From the NCBI RefSeq assembly GCF_035594765.1, contig NC_085841.1, positions 160,565,574 to 160,629,573 of the forward strand: a DNA stretch of 64,000 bases, read 5' to 3'. The translations under genes and the position numbers were made by a program. Numbering within the stretch: the first letter of the stretch is position 1; each line of letters starts with the position of its first letter. Below the pieces are notes generated by a model. It worked only from the letters and a program-made list of their open reading frames with translations, was not told where the DNA came from and searched no databases. Positions 48,808-61,900 of this stretch are shown one piece after another. Source of the stretch: Anolis carolinensis (Eukaryota).

Positions 48808-49656
48808 TGATTATAAATGGAGAGAATTGAATTGTTAGTTTTGTTGAGGGAATCCACATATTTTCCCCTCTTATTTGGGAAAAGGGGAACATTTCAGGTA
48901 CCTTTTTTCTTTCCAGAAAACATCTTTTTACAGAAGAGAAGAGAGGGGTTGTTTGTGAGTGTTGTGCGGGGCAAAGGTTGAGTAAGGTGGGATTTACTAA
49001 AACATGTTTAGGTTGTAGAGGTATAAAATCTTCTCAACACAGTTAACATGACAATAGTCGTAGGTACGTGTTGTTCTAATGCTGTCTCCTACTGACTCTC
49101 CCTACCCTTTCTGTGTTTGTGGATCTGTGAATGCATAGCAACAGGCCACCTTTATTCCCTTATGACATCACTCATGACATGTTACTGGCATTCATTTTGC
49201 TTCATCCTCTTTATATATTGTTGTAACAAGCTATTGGTGGAGAAGATTTTGAATCTGATGAGCATCCCGGTGCCTTGCAGATGTTTTCTATGAAAGCTAC
49301 TACTAGCTTCAATCAATACGTTTAATGGTAATTGTAGCCCCAAATATCTGGAAGATATCTTCCTCTGTTTTCAGACTAGTGGAATCACTCAATCACGTTT
49401 AATCCAAGATTGAAGAGAATGTGACTGTCCAACTGTTTTCGGTATCCAATTTCCATTAATCTTGAACACTGCGCTGAGATGGAGGTTGGAGTCCAAACCT
49501 GCTTGAGTCCTAATTTGTCTACTACACACTGCTTTTAGTTTATTCTGTTTGCAAATTCTGTTTGTGCCTTGTTTTTGCTAACTTGGTCTTGGTTCAGTAT
49601 GTTCTGTGTTCATTATATTGCACATTAGAGTTTATGCTGTTGTTTTGTTATTCCAG

Positions 49657-49716
49657 GAAGGGCAAGTTTTAGAATGCTCCCTAATCAACAGTATTCGTTT
49701 TGGAGCTGTACCAAAG
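49657..49716 (+). CDS. PLCB4: PLCB4 coding exon 3
   Basis: EGQVLECSLINSIRFGAVPK; ttccag/gtattt; 60 nt, phase 0. Confidence 0.96.
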
Positions 49717-50722
49717 GTATTTCTGCAATTATGTTTTATGGTATTGTTTTAAACAATAAGTGTTGGCTGAGGATCAGTCATGGAACTTTCTTCGTGAGAC
49801 TGCCACCCACAAATGACAAAAGATGCTGAAAGCCTGGTATCCCCGAGGACCACAGAATTGATTACACAGACTCACAACTTTAAGTTTTGAAGCAAAGTAG
49901 ATTGCTTTTAAAAAAAAAAAAAAAAAGTCTAAAATCAAAGGTCACAGCCGAAGCATAATAGAATGCATCCTGTAGATTTCAGTAGCAAAGTTTCAAACAT
50001 GTTCATTAACCTTCCTGCTTATATAACTGAGATTGGAAAGTGTTCCCTGCTAGTGGGATCAAGACCAAAGTGATTTTTTTTTGCATAGCTTTTTCACACT
50101 GTGGCCTTTGGCATTTTTAACAAAATGTATGGCTATTATTAAGACAAGCATTTAATTAATATGCATTAGTTCATTGGCATTATGATCCCAGTGAAGATGT
50201 TGGTATGGAAAGGAGATGGCTTCAGTTGAAAGTTGTAAACTAGAAGTCACTTTACATTTTTTTAAAAAATCTGATAGTGCCTGTGTAAGCTTCTCTGCTT
50301 CTAATTATAGCACCAATTGTGCCCTATATAAAGTCACTTGGGGCAATAGGATACAATTTTCTTTTTCAGATTGAAAATATCTGATCATTCTTTCCACATG
50401 GCCTTTGTGTAGTTGTGGGAGTTGTATGAAGAGAAGTGTTCATATAACTTTGCTGTTGCTGGTAAAACCTGTTCTTTTGAAAATGGGGTTTGATCTTCAT
50501 ATGCTTATCAAAGAACAGGCTTAAGTGACTAAATTTTACTAATTAAGGCCTAAATGTATTATTTAGTTCCAACTAGAGCAAACACTTTGGATCACTGGAA
50601 CTTACATAAGCAATGGCTTACTGTTCCATTGATTTAAATGACTTCTACTTAGAACTAACCATTTAATGCAAATGTAAGGGGCAACATGTAATGCTAGTGT
50701 GGTTGTAGGTGATTTCCTAACA

Positions 50723-50854
50723 CAGTGGGTCTCAACCTGTGGGTCCCCAGATGCTTTGGCTTTCAACTCCAATAAATCCTAACTGGTAAACTGGATTGAA
50801 TTTCTGGTAGTTGTAGCCCAAAACACCTAGGGAACATCAGGTTGAGAACTACTG
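50723..50854. mobile_element. SPIN-like hAT MITE
   Basis: CAGTGGGTCTCAACCTGTGGGTC...AGGTTGAGAACTACTG; homologous to 2258-2392. Confidence 0.8.
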
Positions 50855-51096
50855 GCCTAATGGATGCAGAGAAATTTTTGATACTACCACAAAAGGATTA
50901 TGGAGTATCAAAAGAGATAATTGAGTATGGAAACTGTACTGAAAACGTAATTTTCAGTTACAATTATTGACAGAATTTCATCTGGACTACCTCGCCTATA
51001 TAAAACTAATGAGGACATGACCCTAGAAGCAGAGGTGAGCTGCAGCAGGTCCAGGAGATAATTTTCTGCCTCTGTGGAAGTTATACGTGCAGCACA

Positions 51097-51149
51097 GGAG
51101 GAGGAGGAGGAGGAGGAGAAGGAGGAAAAGGAAGAAGAAGAAGAAGAAG
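51097..51149. repeat. (GAG)n(GAA)n purine microsatellite
   Basis: Seen directly in the sequence. Confidence 0.9.
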
Positions 51150-51467
51150 CACCCACCACAAAGAGAGCGAGAAAATACACTAATATGGCCAAATGGTTTA
51201 AAAACAGAAGTCAGGGAAATGTTTAAAATGCAGCGAAGGACCCCCAGCATATTTTAAAAATATTTTTCCCTCTCTTGGAAGCTTTCAGGTTAAAATATTC
51301 ACTTACTTTTTGGGCAAAAGTGAACAAAAATATTGGGAGAGGGGACTGTGTGAAGCTCCAGAACTTTGCTTTAATCTCCTAGTTGTTTTTGCTTATTTGT
51401 TCAGTTACTTCTGACTCTTTGTAACCTCCTAGAGATCATGATTATGTCAGTACTACTCCTAAAGGTA

Positions 51468-51800
51468 GTACAGCTCGGTGGCACAGTGGGTTAAACTGCT
51501 GAGCTGCTGAACTTGCAGACCGAAAGGTCAGTGGTTCGAATCCAGGGAGCAAGGTGAGCTTCCGTGGTTAGCCCCAGCTTCTGCCAACCTAGCAGGTCAA
51601 AAACATGCAAATGTGAGTAGCTTAATAGTTACCACTCTGGTGGAAAGGTAACAGCGCTCCATGCAGTCATGCCGGCCACATGACCTAGGAGGTGTTTACA
51701 GATAACTCCGGCTCTTCAGCTTAGAAATGGAGATAAGCACCACCCTCTAGAGTCAGACACAAATAGACTTAATGTCAGGGGAAAACCTTTACCTTTTACT
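51468..51800 (+). mobile_element. Sauria SINE (full length)
   Basis: A box TGGCACAGTGG, B box GGTTCGAATCC, characteristic body, BovB-like tail AGAGTCAGACAC and an (ACCTTT)n end; degenerate TSD tactcctaaaggta/tattcctgaaggta. Confidence 0.9.
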
Positions 51801-52065
51801 TATTCCTGAAGGTAAAATGTTAGGTGTGTTCCCAGTTACCTGACACACAAGCATTCTTCTGAATCAGTCCTAAACTTCTCACATTTATATTCCAACTAGG
51901 CTAATAAGCAGTTGTAAATTTCAGTATTGTTGTTTGCTAGAAATGTTGATACATGTCTGAGTCTTAAGATACAAAAGAAACCTTAACAGGGCCAATATTT
52001 GGAAGCGAAAATCCTTTCTCCTTTTAGCACTGCTTTTCTGACAAGACATTTGTTGTGTCTAACAG

Positions 52066-52209
52066 GATCCAAAGATACTGGCTGCTCTTGAAGCTGTTGG
52101 CAAAGCAGAAAATGAACTGGAAGGACGAATAGTTTGCGTCTGTAGTGGCACAGATCTGGTGAATATCAACTTCACATACATGGTAGCAGAAAACAATGAA
52201 GAAGCTAAG
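52066..52209 (+). CDS. PLCB4: PLCB4 coding exon 4
   Basis: [48 protein letters not shown]; taacag/gtactg; 144 nt, phase 0. Confidence 0.97.
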
Positions 52210-52689
52210 GTACTGTACTTCAATACAGTAGGGGAGATTGCTGAATAACTGTTCAACACTTAAGCTTTGTTTTTACTTCTATTCAATATAATCATGTTGA
52301 TTCACCATTCCCCTATGAATGTAAGACCTTCAACAGTCTGGTATTGATCCCCATTCAGAATTTCCAAACTCAAAGTTATGGGTGGATCTGCACTCTATAA
52401 TGAATGTAGTTTGGCACCACTTTAAATGCCATAACAATGCTATGGAATCCTGGGAGTTGTAATTGTATGAGACATCAGCAGAGGACGTTTAAAGACCTTG
52501 GAAAACTATGACTCCAATGACTCAATTTCATTGACCCATAGCAGTTAAAGTAGTGTCAAGCTGCATTAATTTTATCACGTAGGTGCATTGTCTGTAATGC
52601 AGTTTGTAATGCACTCTTCTGCTTTTCCTGATACCTTCAATATTTCCCAGCATTGTCATGTTTTCCAGTGATTTCTCGTGATATGTCCA

Positions 52690-53107
52690 GGGAGATTACA
52701 TTATCCCCCACCCTGGCTACTTTTTGGAAAGGCCTGAAAACTTGGCTGATCTCATGTGCCTTTGGTTAATCAGTTTCAACATGACTTGGCTCCTCTAGCC
52801 CTAATTTAATATCGGCTCTTGCACTTTATTATCAGCCCTGCCTATGTAGTATGCTATACAGGCCCTGCCCAGCCTCTCTGTTCTGAACACACCCATGTGC
52901 CCGACTATTGAGTTCATGTTATTAAGTTAATGAATTTATGATGTTTTATATGTTTTTATATGGTATTTTATTGTACTGTATGTTGATACATTTGTAATCT
53001 TGTTTTATTGGGCTTGGTCCCCATGTAAGCCACCGGAGTCCCTTTGGGGAGATGGGCGGGATATAAGAATAAAGTTGTTGTTGTTGTTGTTGTTATTATT
53101 ATTATTT
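52690..53107 (+). mobile_element. L2 3' fragment with (TTG)n(TTA)n tail
   Basis: Terminal motif tgtaagccaccggagtccctttggggagatgggcgggatataagaataaa. Confidence 0.75.
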
Positions 53108-54137
53108 TGTATGATAGCTGCAGTTTAAACATTTTGGCATCCAGTTAGAGTTCATGCTAGTTTTGCTCTGGGACACATTTATTTGATTTTTTTGGTGCTC
53201 CATGTTATTTATAAAGCTCTCCTTGGCTGAAGGACAACAGTCAATTCCAAATGGTTTGGATAAAATGGAAGGCAGATAACTTGTTCTTAAAAATGAGCGA
53301 TGTATGACACGAATTAGTATGTTTAAAATTATTGGGGTGTTTCCCCTGTGTGGAAAAATGTTAGAATGGCTGCTTAGGAAGCATGGATGTGTGTGATAAA
53401 AAGTTAAATTGCAATGACAGATGTTATCTCAGACTTCTTGAAGGGTTGGGCTGTGACAGACTTTTGTTAACCAACACTTAAACCTTGGCTTTCATCTGAG
53501 CAAAAAGTATAAATGAATAAGATGGCAATTTTCCTCTTGAAAAGGGGCATGTTTATGTACTATTTATCCATTGTATACTGTAGAGCCTGAATGGGAAATT
53601 AAAGTTTCTCATGTTTGATAACTGGGGGGGGGGGGGGGGGGGGGATTCTGAAACTCTACAGAATCTCAGGGGGGATTTCTCCTTGAGCCATAGGATGCCA
53701 TGGACCCCCCTTTCCATCTGGGGATCTTTCAGCTGCCCTTCAGCAGTTTTAGGCAAAAGGAACAAGTTCCCAGGGCATGCCAGAAATAGGATCGGGTTTC
53801 AGTTCCTCTGGATTCAAAACCATTTGGCTTGCCTAAACACCCCTCCCCTGTTATGACCATCCTTAAGCTCAACTTATTATTTTACTTGCATTGAAATTGA
53901 CTTGCATTGAGCAGGAAGAAACAAAATTAATACAGACACTGACAAAAAGAATAAACTAGAAAAAAGCTCCTACTTTCTCTTCTTCACCTTCATTTTCTGT
54001 CTTTGCTATTACAACCCCAGCAAGTGTTTCTTCTGCCAGGGATGCATCCTCTATGGCATTGCTTTGCCCATATTGTGGGTATTAGAAGTAAGGCCATGTG
54101 AAGAGGCGAGGCTGTCAGATTGCTGATTCACCTAGAC

Positions 54138-54477
54138 CAGAAGTTCCCAACCTGTTTTGGGTTGCGACCCCATCTTATAGAGGTAAAATAATCTGCAACC
54201 CCGATACATTAAAAATAGGCTTATTAAAAGGGTAAACAAAAACACATTGAAAAATAGACTTTTCAGTATTATATAATTCAAAATAATGTTAACTTATAAC
54301 ATGATTGAAATGTGAGATGAGATTATTGAAATTGTAACTCATTAGCAAGTTTAAAAATTAGCAGTTGAGTTTTCATATCATTCTCAGCATTTAATCTGTT
54401 TTTTCTTTTGGTTTTCAATTGAAGAAGCATTGAAAATCTTCTCTACTACCTGGAGACCCATGGGTTGGGAAGCACTG
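54138..54477. mobile_element. Non-autonomous hAT element
   Basis: TIR CAGAAGTTCCCAACC / GGTTGGGAAGCACTG; 8-bp TSD acctagac/acctagat. Confidence 0.8.
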
Positions 54478-54579
54478 ACCTAGATTAACAGTGACTGTCC
54501 AGAAAATCAGTCTTTTTCCAATCTTGTTGCCTATAAGTCTTTTTACTAGAGGTGCCAAGGATTGACATTTTTGCATGCC

Positions 54580-54950
54580 CTCCATCCATTTCAATTGCCA
54601 CTGTTCTAGTCTTGGCAGAAGAGAAGAAGAGGCAGGCACAGCTCCATCATGCCAAGACTCAGAAGGAAATTAAACACACACACACACACACACCCCCCAA
54701 TCCATCTAAACTGCCACTGTTCTGACTCAGGAAGGAAAAAGGAAGAGATGGGCATAGCTCCATCATGCCTACACCCAGAGGCAGAGAGAATCCCTTCCCT
54801 CAATTCCAGCTACTACTGTCCTGACTTCGGATGTAGTGAAGACGTCGGTACAGCTCCACCATACTTAGGCCCAGAAACAGAGGAAAGATTCTCCATCCAC
54901 CTCAACTATCACTTCTGTCGCTTTGGGGGGAGAAAAGAAGAGGCAGCATC
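54580..54950. repeat. Degenerate ~100-bp tandem repeat (about 3.5 units)
   Basis: Recurring tccat..aa(c/t)tgccactgttctg...gaagag..ggca.agctccatcatgcc....ccaga units. Confidence 0.7.
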
Positions 54951-55038
54951 TGCTGGACTTAATCCCTCTCACCACTACTCCCTTTCCTTTCCTAACATGT
55001 CTCAATTAGATTGTAAAGCTATGGTTAGAGAACTGGTC

Positions 55039-55095
55039 CTCCTCCCCCTCTTCCTCCTCCTCCTCCTCCTCCTCCTCCTCCTCCTCCTCCTCCTC
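55039..55095. repeat. (CCT)n microsatellite
   Basis: Seen directly in the sequence. Confidence 0.9.
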
Positions 55096-56479
55096 TATGA
55101 TATAGCTATTTTATCATTTTTAAAGCATCACGTCTCTGTAATGCTCATGAGAAGGATTAGAACCAAGATGGTTTTATTTTAAAATAAGGAATGCTAGGTA
55201 ATTAGTTTTTAATTACCATAGAAAAACAGAGTTAGCATATATTGCTCTGCTTTTGTAGACATGGTCCCTATTGTAGTTGGGACTGTGAATCCAAGAACCA
55301 CAAATGAAGTCCCTGGTCAAAGCTAGAATTACTTTTATTGCACAATTAGTAACCACATCTCAATGAAGTTTTCTTTAGCGGAATACTTGTATTTCTTTTT
55401 CGCCTAAAGTAGCACTTTGATGTTTTCAACTGCATACAACGATGTGTGCAGCATGATTATTATCAGAGCTGCAGTATGCAGTAAGCGTTGCTTATACTTT
55501 TCCTTCCACACCAAAGTACCTGGTTAGAAGAAAACATTCCTATTGATACGAAATATTACATTTGAGGAATAAGCTCCAGATGGTGGTTGCTGATGATGCA
55601 GTAAAAATAAGACCTAAACCTGACAATTAATTTGATTCCTAGAATCTCCTATATCTACAGGGCTCCAAGGAATGTGTGGACACCTTTTTTAATGGACAAA
55701 GCAGGTAACAAGGCAGGTCCACTGGTTTATCAAAAGCCACCATCATACATTTGAGTTTCGTATCCTTTATGGATTGCCATAAACTTATCTCCAACTTAAC
55801 TTATTCCTATTTTTATTACAGTTGAGAACTTCATCTCCAGTGGAATGAGTTGCCAGATAGCTTGTTAGTAAGCATTTACATTAATTGTAGGGAGATGTGG
55901 CCTATTAAGACATGTCCTGAAAAGACCAACAATGGGGTGGCAGCTCTTTTCTACATATAGTTCTCATTGTCTTAGGGAGCATAATTAATTATAATTTGCT
56001 GTTGAAGGCTATAGTCTAATAAATATCTGGAGGGTTCAAATACAGATGAGGCATCCTTCAGAGTTGGGCTATATACTGTCTTTCATATTTTTATCACAAA
56101 CCCATGGGGAATGCATATGGGATCATACTTTGTGATGAGATTCATGTTTTTTTTATGTCAGAGGTAATTCATCCCATTAAGTATCAGTGTGAGATGTATC
56201 ACTGCAATTATATATACCAACAACAAATAGATATGGGCTGGCTGCCAGTTTAATTATAGTTTGGTTATGAGCAATATGCCATATGTGCATATCAGTTGAT
56301 ATGTGGGAAGATAATATTCTCAGGAAGATGCTACATTAGGGAATGCAATCTAAGTGCAAATAGTCCACTAGGGAAAATGCAAATTTAACTTAATAGCCAA
56401 AAGCGTTTAATGGTATTTTAGATCCAGACATATTTCCAGAACAGCTATTAACATTTAATGGACCATACTCCTGCTGTTG

Positions 56480-57032
56480 GGGAATACATTACATGATCAA
56501 CTGTAAATAAAAAACCCAGAAACAATACATAGAAGAATGATATAAAAGAGATTAAAGGGTGAAAAATTTCTTCAAGAAAAGATCCATATGAAAATGAATT
56601 TCCAGTTTTAAAATGTGGAATAAAATTGCAGTCAGAGCACTTGGGAGAAGTAAATCACCAAGAACAAATAGCATACCAGTCTACAGAGACAGAATATATT
56701 CTAGTTCTAATTCAAATCTGTCAACAAATATGGAAAACAAAACAATGACCCACAGAAATGCTCAATATTCATTTCTAGAAAGGGACACCAGGGAATATAT
56801 AACTATTATACCATTGCAATAATTGTCTATGAAAGCTGAGTGATGTTCAAAATTATACAGAATTTTAAAATATATAGTGAGAGATTCCAGGTGTCTAACA
56901 TGGGTTCAGGAAAGGAAGAGGCATTAGGAATCATATTGCAATTGTATATTGGATGATAAAGTGCATGAAAGAATTTCAAACAAAAATCAGTCTGTTCTTT
57001 ATAGATTATAGCAAAGACTTTGACTATATAGA
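56480..57032 (+). mobile_element. Ancient RTE/BovB-like RT remnant
   Basis: gggttcaggaaaggaagaggcattaggaatcatattgca...tttatagattatagcaaagactttgac translates as GFRKGRGIRNHIA...FIDYSKDFD; heavily decayed. Confidence 0.7.
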
Positions 57033-57564
57033 TGCTATAGAATCATTAAGCTATGGCAGTTAAAGTGGTGTCAGACAGCATTATTTCTACAGCATAGATT
57101 CACCCTTAGTGGCTCTTTGCTGGTATCAGACTGAAAGATACCAGGTTTCCAACTTCTGTTAAAGGGATAACCAGGAATCATGGATTTTCCTCACATAACT
57201 CCTTGCTCATCTCATAAATAAATTCCTGGATCAAAAGAAAAAGAAAAATCTAGTTTCTGTCCAAGGAACACTAGCTGGTGTGTTTATTTAGAAAGGTCTG
57301 AAACCCAAGGATTGCGTAATTCAAGGATTAATGTTTCATAATAATCTTTATTTGAAAAACTTGGCAGTTCCTTCTCTTTGCTCTAACAGTTAAGCCACAG
57401 TAGAGAACAGTAAATGAGGGCAAGGTCATATTAGCTTACCTTCTAGGAGTTATTAAACTTAACACTTCACCTTCTGTGAGATACATCTAAAGAAGGTTTT
57501 TAATACATTGAGTTTATGCATCTTAGTTCACTTAGCCTCACATCCCATATGTATAAGGCATTCA

Positions 57565-58046
57565 TTTAATTTGTTTATTTATTTATTTATTTACAGTATT
57601 TATATTCCGCCCTTCTCACCCCGAAGGGGACTCAGGGCGGATTACAATGAACACATATATGGCAAACATTCAATGCCAACAGACAAACAACATATATAGA
57701 CAGACACAGAGGCATTTAACATTTTTTTCCAGCTTCACGATTCTGGCCACAGGGGGAGCTGTTGCTTCACTGTCCACTAGTGGCTGTACTTCCTCATTCC
57801 TTTCCTCGTGTTTTGCTGGCAGTTTTATGATGTTGTAAATTAGTTAAATTAGCCTCCCGCATAAAGCGTACCTAAATTTCCCTAATTGACAGATGCAACT
57901 GTCTTTCGGGGCTGCATATGTCAACAGCAAGCTGGGCTATTTAATGGTCGGGGGCTTAACCCTACCCAGGCTTCGAACTCATGACCTCTCGGTCAGTAGT
58001 GATTTATTGCAGCTGGTTACTAGCCAGCTGCGCCACAGCCCGGCCC
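57565..58046 (-). mobile_element. tRNA-headed SINE with L2-derived 3' tail
   Basis: Minus-strand head GGGCCGGGCTGTGGCGCAGCTGG (A box) and GTTCGAAGCC (B box); tail CCGCCCTGAGTCCCCTTCGGGGTGAGAAGGGCGG plus (TAAA)n. Confidence 0.85.
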
Positions 58047-58111
58047 AGAATGTATGCATGACTATTAATCACTGAAATAGTCATGCATACATTCATTAAT
58101 ATAGGTTAAAG

Positions 58112-58246
58112 CAGTGGTTCTCAACCTGTGGATCCTCAGGTGTTTTGGCCTACTATTCCCAGAAATCCTAGCCAGTTTACTAGCTGTTAAGATTTCTGGG
58201 AGTTAAAGGCCAAAACATCTGGGGACACACAGACTGAGAACCACTG
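58112..58246. mobile_element. SPIN-like hAT MITE
   Basis: TIR CAGTGGTTCTCA; perfect 8-bp TSD ggttaaag. Confidence 0.88.
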
Positions 58247-59846
58247 GGTTAAAGGAACTCAGGGTTTACAGGAAGCTGTGGGATGATTTTGAAGGAATGG
58301 ACAGCTGAATCTGCCTGATCTACTGTCCACATGCCTAGCTAACCCGCTGCTGTATCATCACCAACAAGCAGCCTACAGGCAGAGACCTGCTAGCTATGTT
58401 ACATTTTTGATAAAGTCACACCAGGATGTTTCAATAATATGATCAGAAATGTAACATTGCCAGCAAGTCTCTGGAAAGTGCTGCTTACTAGTGATGATGG
58501 TGTTACCTATGTGCCCTCAGTCTGCCTGCTTTCCTAACTATGCAAATCTGCTTCTGTTTCTTTCTTTTCTCTCTCTGTATCTTTGGCCTGTATTAATTTG
58601 AGAGTAGTAACTATCATATTCTTTTAAAAACCATATCTCTGTGTTCATGTTTCCAAATGTCTGATGCATACATTTAAAAGACACCCATATCTTCAGAAAT
58701 CAATGTGGGAGGTTGTACATCCAGCATAAATTATTGTGTTTTGTCTTTGAGTTTTGTGGAGGGAGTACAGTGCACTATTGTAATATATATGCATTATACA
58801 ACTATTTGTATAACTGAAGAAGTGGCAGTAGCATAAGTATTTTTGCACATGTCTCTTTATAGAGTTAAGATAAACAAAGGACAAAACAAAGAAGATGGCG
58901 ATATTATTAATTTTGGAAGAGTAAGTGGAAGAAACAATGGGTAAGAAGATGTGAAAGTTAAGCACATCATAATGTTAAACACAGAAACAGTAAACAGAAA
59001 CTGCTGGTGTAGCTCTCCTAGGAAGTAAAGTTCTAACATTGCAATCACTGCCTTATTGTACACTCAGTGTTAGTGGAGAAGCTTTTAGCTGAACATGATT
59101 TTATGAGCTGGCCCTTTATCCTGTGAAATACACCATTCTTCTACTAACAAAGGCTGTTTTCTTTCTAAGTAGATATAGTAAGCTCTTTGGGTCTCCCATT
59201 GCAGCCCAGAGCACTGATGGGATGCCACTGTGTCTGCTGGCTTTTGGAATCAAATTCCATTTTCAGTGATAATCTCTTTTGTGGTTACTGTCATTTGCAG
59301 GCTCTTTCAGAGGGGAGAGGCACAGATAATGAAACAGTTGCCGTGTCTTATGAAGACGGTACTGCTATAGTCACTGTCTGCCTCATCTGAGATGAGGTAC
59401 AGTAATAGGATTCTGGAAGAGCTGAAAAATCCATGAGCATGAGCTGAGGTGGTGAAGGATTAGTTGGCTCTCTTTGAAGGTGTCTTGATGGGCTGTTTTT
59501 CTGTCACAAGAGATTACTGGACCTAGTAAGGAAGAAAGTAATAAATGAAAATGATAAATGTTGCTGTCAAGAACAGTCAGTCCTCTTTATTTATGAGTTT
59601 AACTTTTGTGAGTTTGATGGTTCAAGGATTTAATTAATATAGCTTCTCTGGGAATCACTTAGACCTCCTCTGAGAATCTAGGTTTATCTTGGAGGGTGTA
59701 GAGTCTCATTGAAAGGTATTTTTATGAGGAATCTCTAAGTCCTCCAGGAAACCTCTGTGGCAGACATTGACTACAGAGTCACACTGGAGGACCTAGAGAT
59801 TCCCAGAAAAATATTCTATCAGGTAAATAAAATATCACTTTTATTT

Positions 59847-59962
59847 CAATCAGTCAGTCAGTAGCCTTTATTTCGGTCAACAAACCATTGGCTAGGATCA
59901 AGTTACAGTACAATGATGGAATACAGCATTTGAGTAATTTATGACATTACATTTGGCTTATG
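59847..59962 (-). mobile_element. Very short LINE 3' end with (CTGA)n tail and a 51-bp flanking duplication
   Basis: Minus strand ...tggtttgttgaccgaaataaaggctactgactgactga; the flanks 59796-59846 and 59963-60013 match at 50/51 positions. Confidence 0.7.
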
Positions 59963-60739
59963 GAGATTCCCAGAAAAATATTCTATCAGGTAAATAAAAT
60001 ATCACGTTTATTTGCATTTTCCACTTTCATCGAAGTCCTGTCCCCCTAACCACAGCAAATATAAAGAACTGACTGTCTTTAATTTAACTTCCATGCATTT
60101 CCATGCGGTCAGATTTTGTTTTGTCTAATGCTGTTCTCAGGCATGGTAAACAATTTTTGGTTCCCATGTTTTGTTTTTGGTTTTTAAAATTTTAAAGTTT
60201 AAATATTAGCTAATTAAATCTCTTCTTCTTTATGTAGATAATCACCAGATAGTATCACTACACAGATTTAGTCAATTATTAGAATATCATTACAATAGTT
60301 AAATTTTAAGAGTCTTTAAAAAATCTTTATATCTTTTAAACACTGAAGAAAGTAGATGATATTTTCTATGAAGTTAATGAATTTACAGCAGATTTAAGGC
60401 CATCATTTAGCCATTTTGTAATCCTTGAGAGAATACAGAATTTTAAAGAAGTGGATCGGAGTAGCTGCTGCCTCCTTGAAGGCAATTTGCTGGGGAGCAG
60501 GATGTTGTCCCTCCTCTCACCCCTCCTCCAGTTTCAATAGGCTAAAAAGTGGAAGAATAACTACAATTAAAATTAATGTTATCTGCCAATATTATAAAAT
60601 GATACCTGCTTCAAACAATGGAACAAAAATGTTAGAAAATTCATTTGGAAAGGCAAAAAATCAAGAATTAAGTAGAAATCATTGCAAGATACTAAAGACA
60701 GAAGGGGTATGGCTCGACCAAGCCTTAAACTATATACTA

Positions 60740-61900
60740 CCGTGTTTCCCCAAAAATAAGACAGTGTCTTATATTAATTTTTGCTCCCAAAGATGCTCTA
60801 GGTCTTATTTTCAGGGGATGTCTTATTTTTCCACGAAGAAGCATTCACATTTATTGTTGAACAAAAAAAACAAACATTTATTATATACTGCACAGTAGTT
60901 GTCATCACAAATCAGCATAACCAGACAAACTGAATCCTATCAAGAATTTCTTGTTACTACCATTATTTCCATGTACAACACTCTATGGCAGGGGTCCCCA
61001 AACTAAGGCCCGGGGGCCGGATGCGGCCCTCCGAGGTCATTTACCTGGCCCCCGCCCTCAGTTTTATAATATAATATATTGTATATACATATAATATTGA
61101 TAATAATATAATGTAATTCAATATAACACTAATAATAATACCATATAATAATATTAATTATATATTCTTTATTACATATAATATTACTAATAATATTATA
61201 GTATAGTGGTATAGTTCAATAAAGTAATATATAATGCTAATATTGTGCTATGCTAACAATATAATATATTGTATGTATATATAATTTGAAAGCCACTCTG
61301 AGTCCCCTTTGGGGTGAGAAGGGTGTGATACAAATGTAGTAAATAAATGCAGTAAATAAATAAATAAATAATAAATACATTTTAGACTTCGGCTCGCCCA
61401 AAGTCTGAAATGACTTGAAGGCACACAACAACAACAACAACACCAATCCTAATTAACTTGACTATCTCATTGGCCAGAAGCAGGACCACATTTCCCATTG
61501 AAATCCTGATAAATGGATATTGGTTAAAGTTATTTTTATTTTTAAATATTGTATTGTTTTTTCATTGTTCTTCTTCTTGTTGTTGTTGTTTTTGCACTAC
61601 AAATAAGCCATGTGCAGTGTGCATCAGAATTTGTTTGTATTTTTTTTCAAATGATAATCCGGCCCCTCAACAGTCTGAAGGATTGTGGACCAGCCCTCGG
61701 CTTAAAAAGTTTGGGGACCCCTGCTCTATGGTATGTACTTTTACTGATCCTGCATGCTCTGGTGTTCTGTTCGTTGGGCATGCTTCCAAACAAAAACTTT
61801 GCTAGGTCTTACTTTCAGGGGAGGCCTTATATTTAGCAATTCAGCAAAACCTCTACTAGGTCTAATTTTCTGGGGATGTCTTATTTTAGGGGAAACAGGG
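60740..61900 (+). mobile_element. MITE family B, interrupted by a hAT element
   Basis: CCGTGTTTCCCC...GGGGAAACAGGG; TA TSD. Confidence 0.9.
60989..61723. mobile_element. Non-autonomous OC1/Charlie-like hAT element
   Basis: Perfect 16-bp TIR CAGGGGTCCCCAAACT; perfect 8-bp TSD ctctatgg; AT-rich interior with an L2-type tail at ~61290-61375. Confidence 0.92.

Noticed and set aside
51472-51545. tRNA gene (also the heads at ~43690-43720 and ~57965-58046)
   Set aside because: The A/B boxes belong to SINE heads; there is no cloverleaf.
53623-53644. Long G homopolymer as a possible G-quadruplex
   Set aside because: An isolated homopolymer of unreliable length; similar runs at ~18590 and ~22188 have no context suggesting function.
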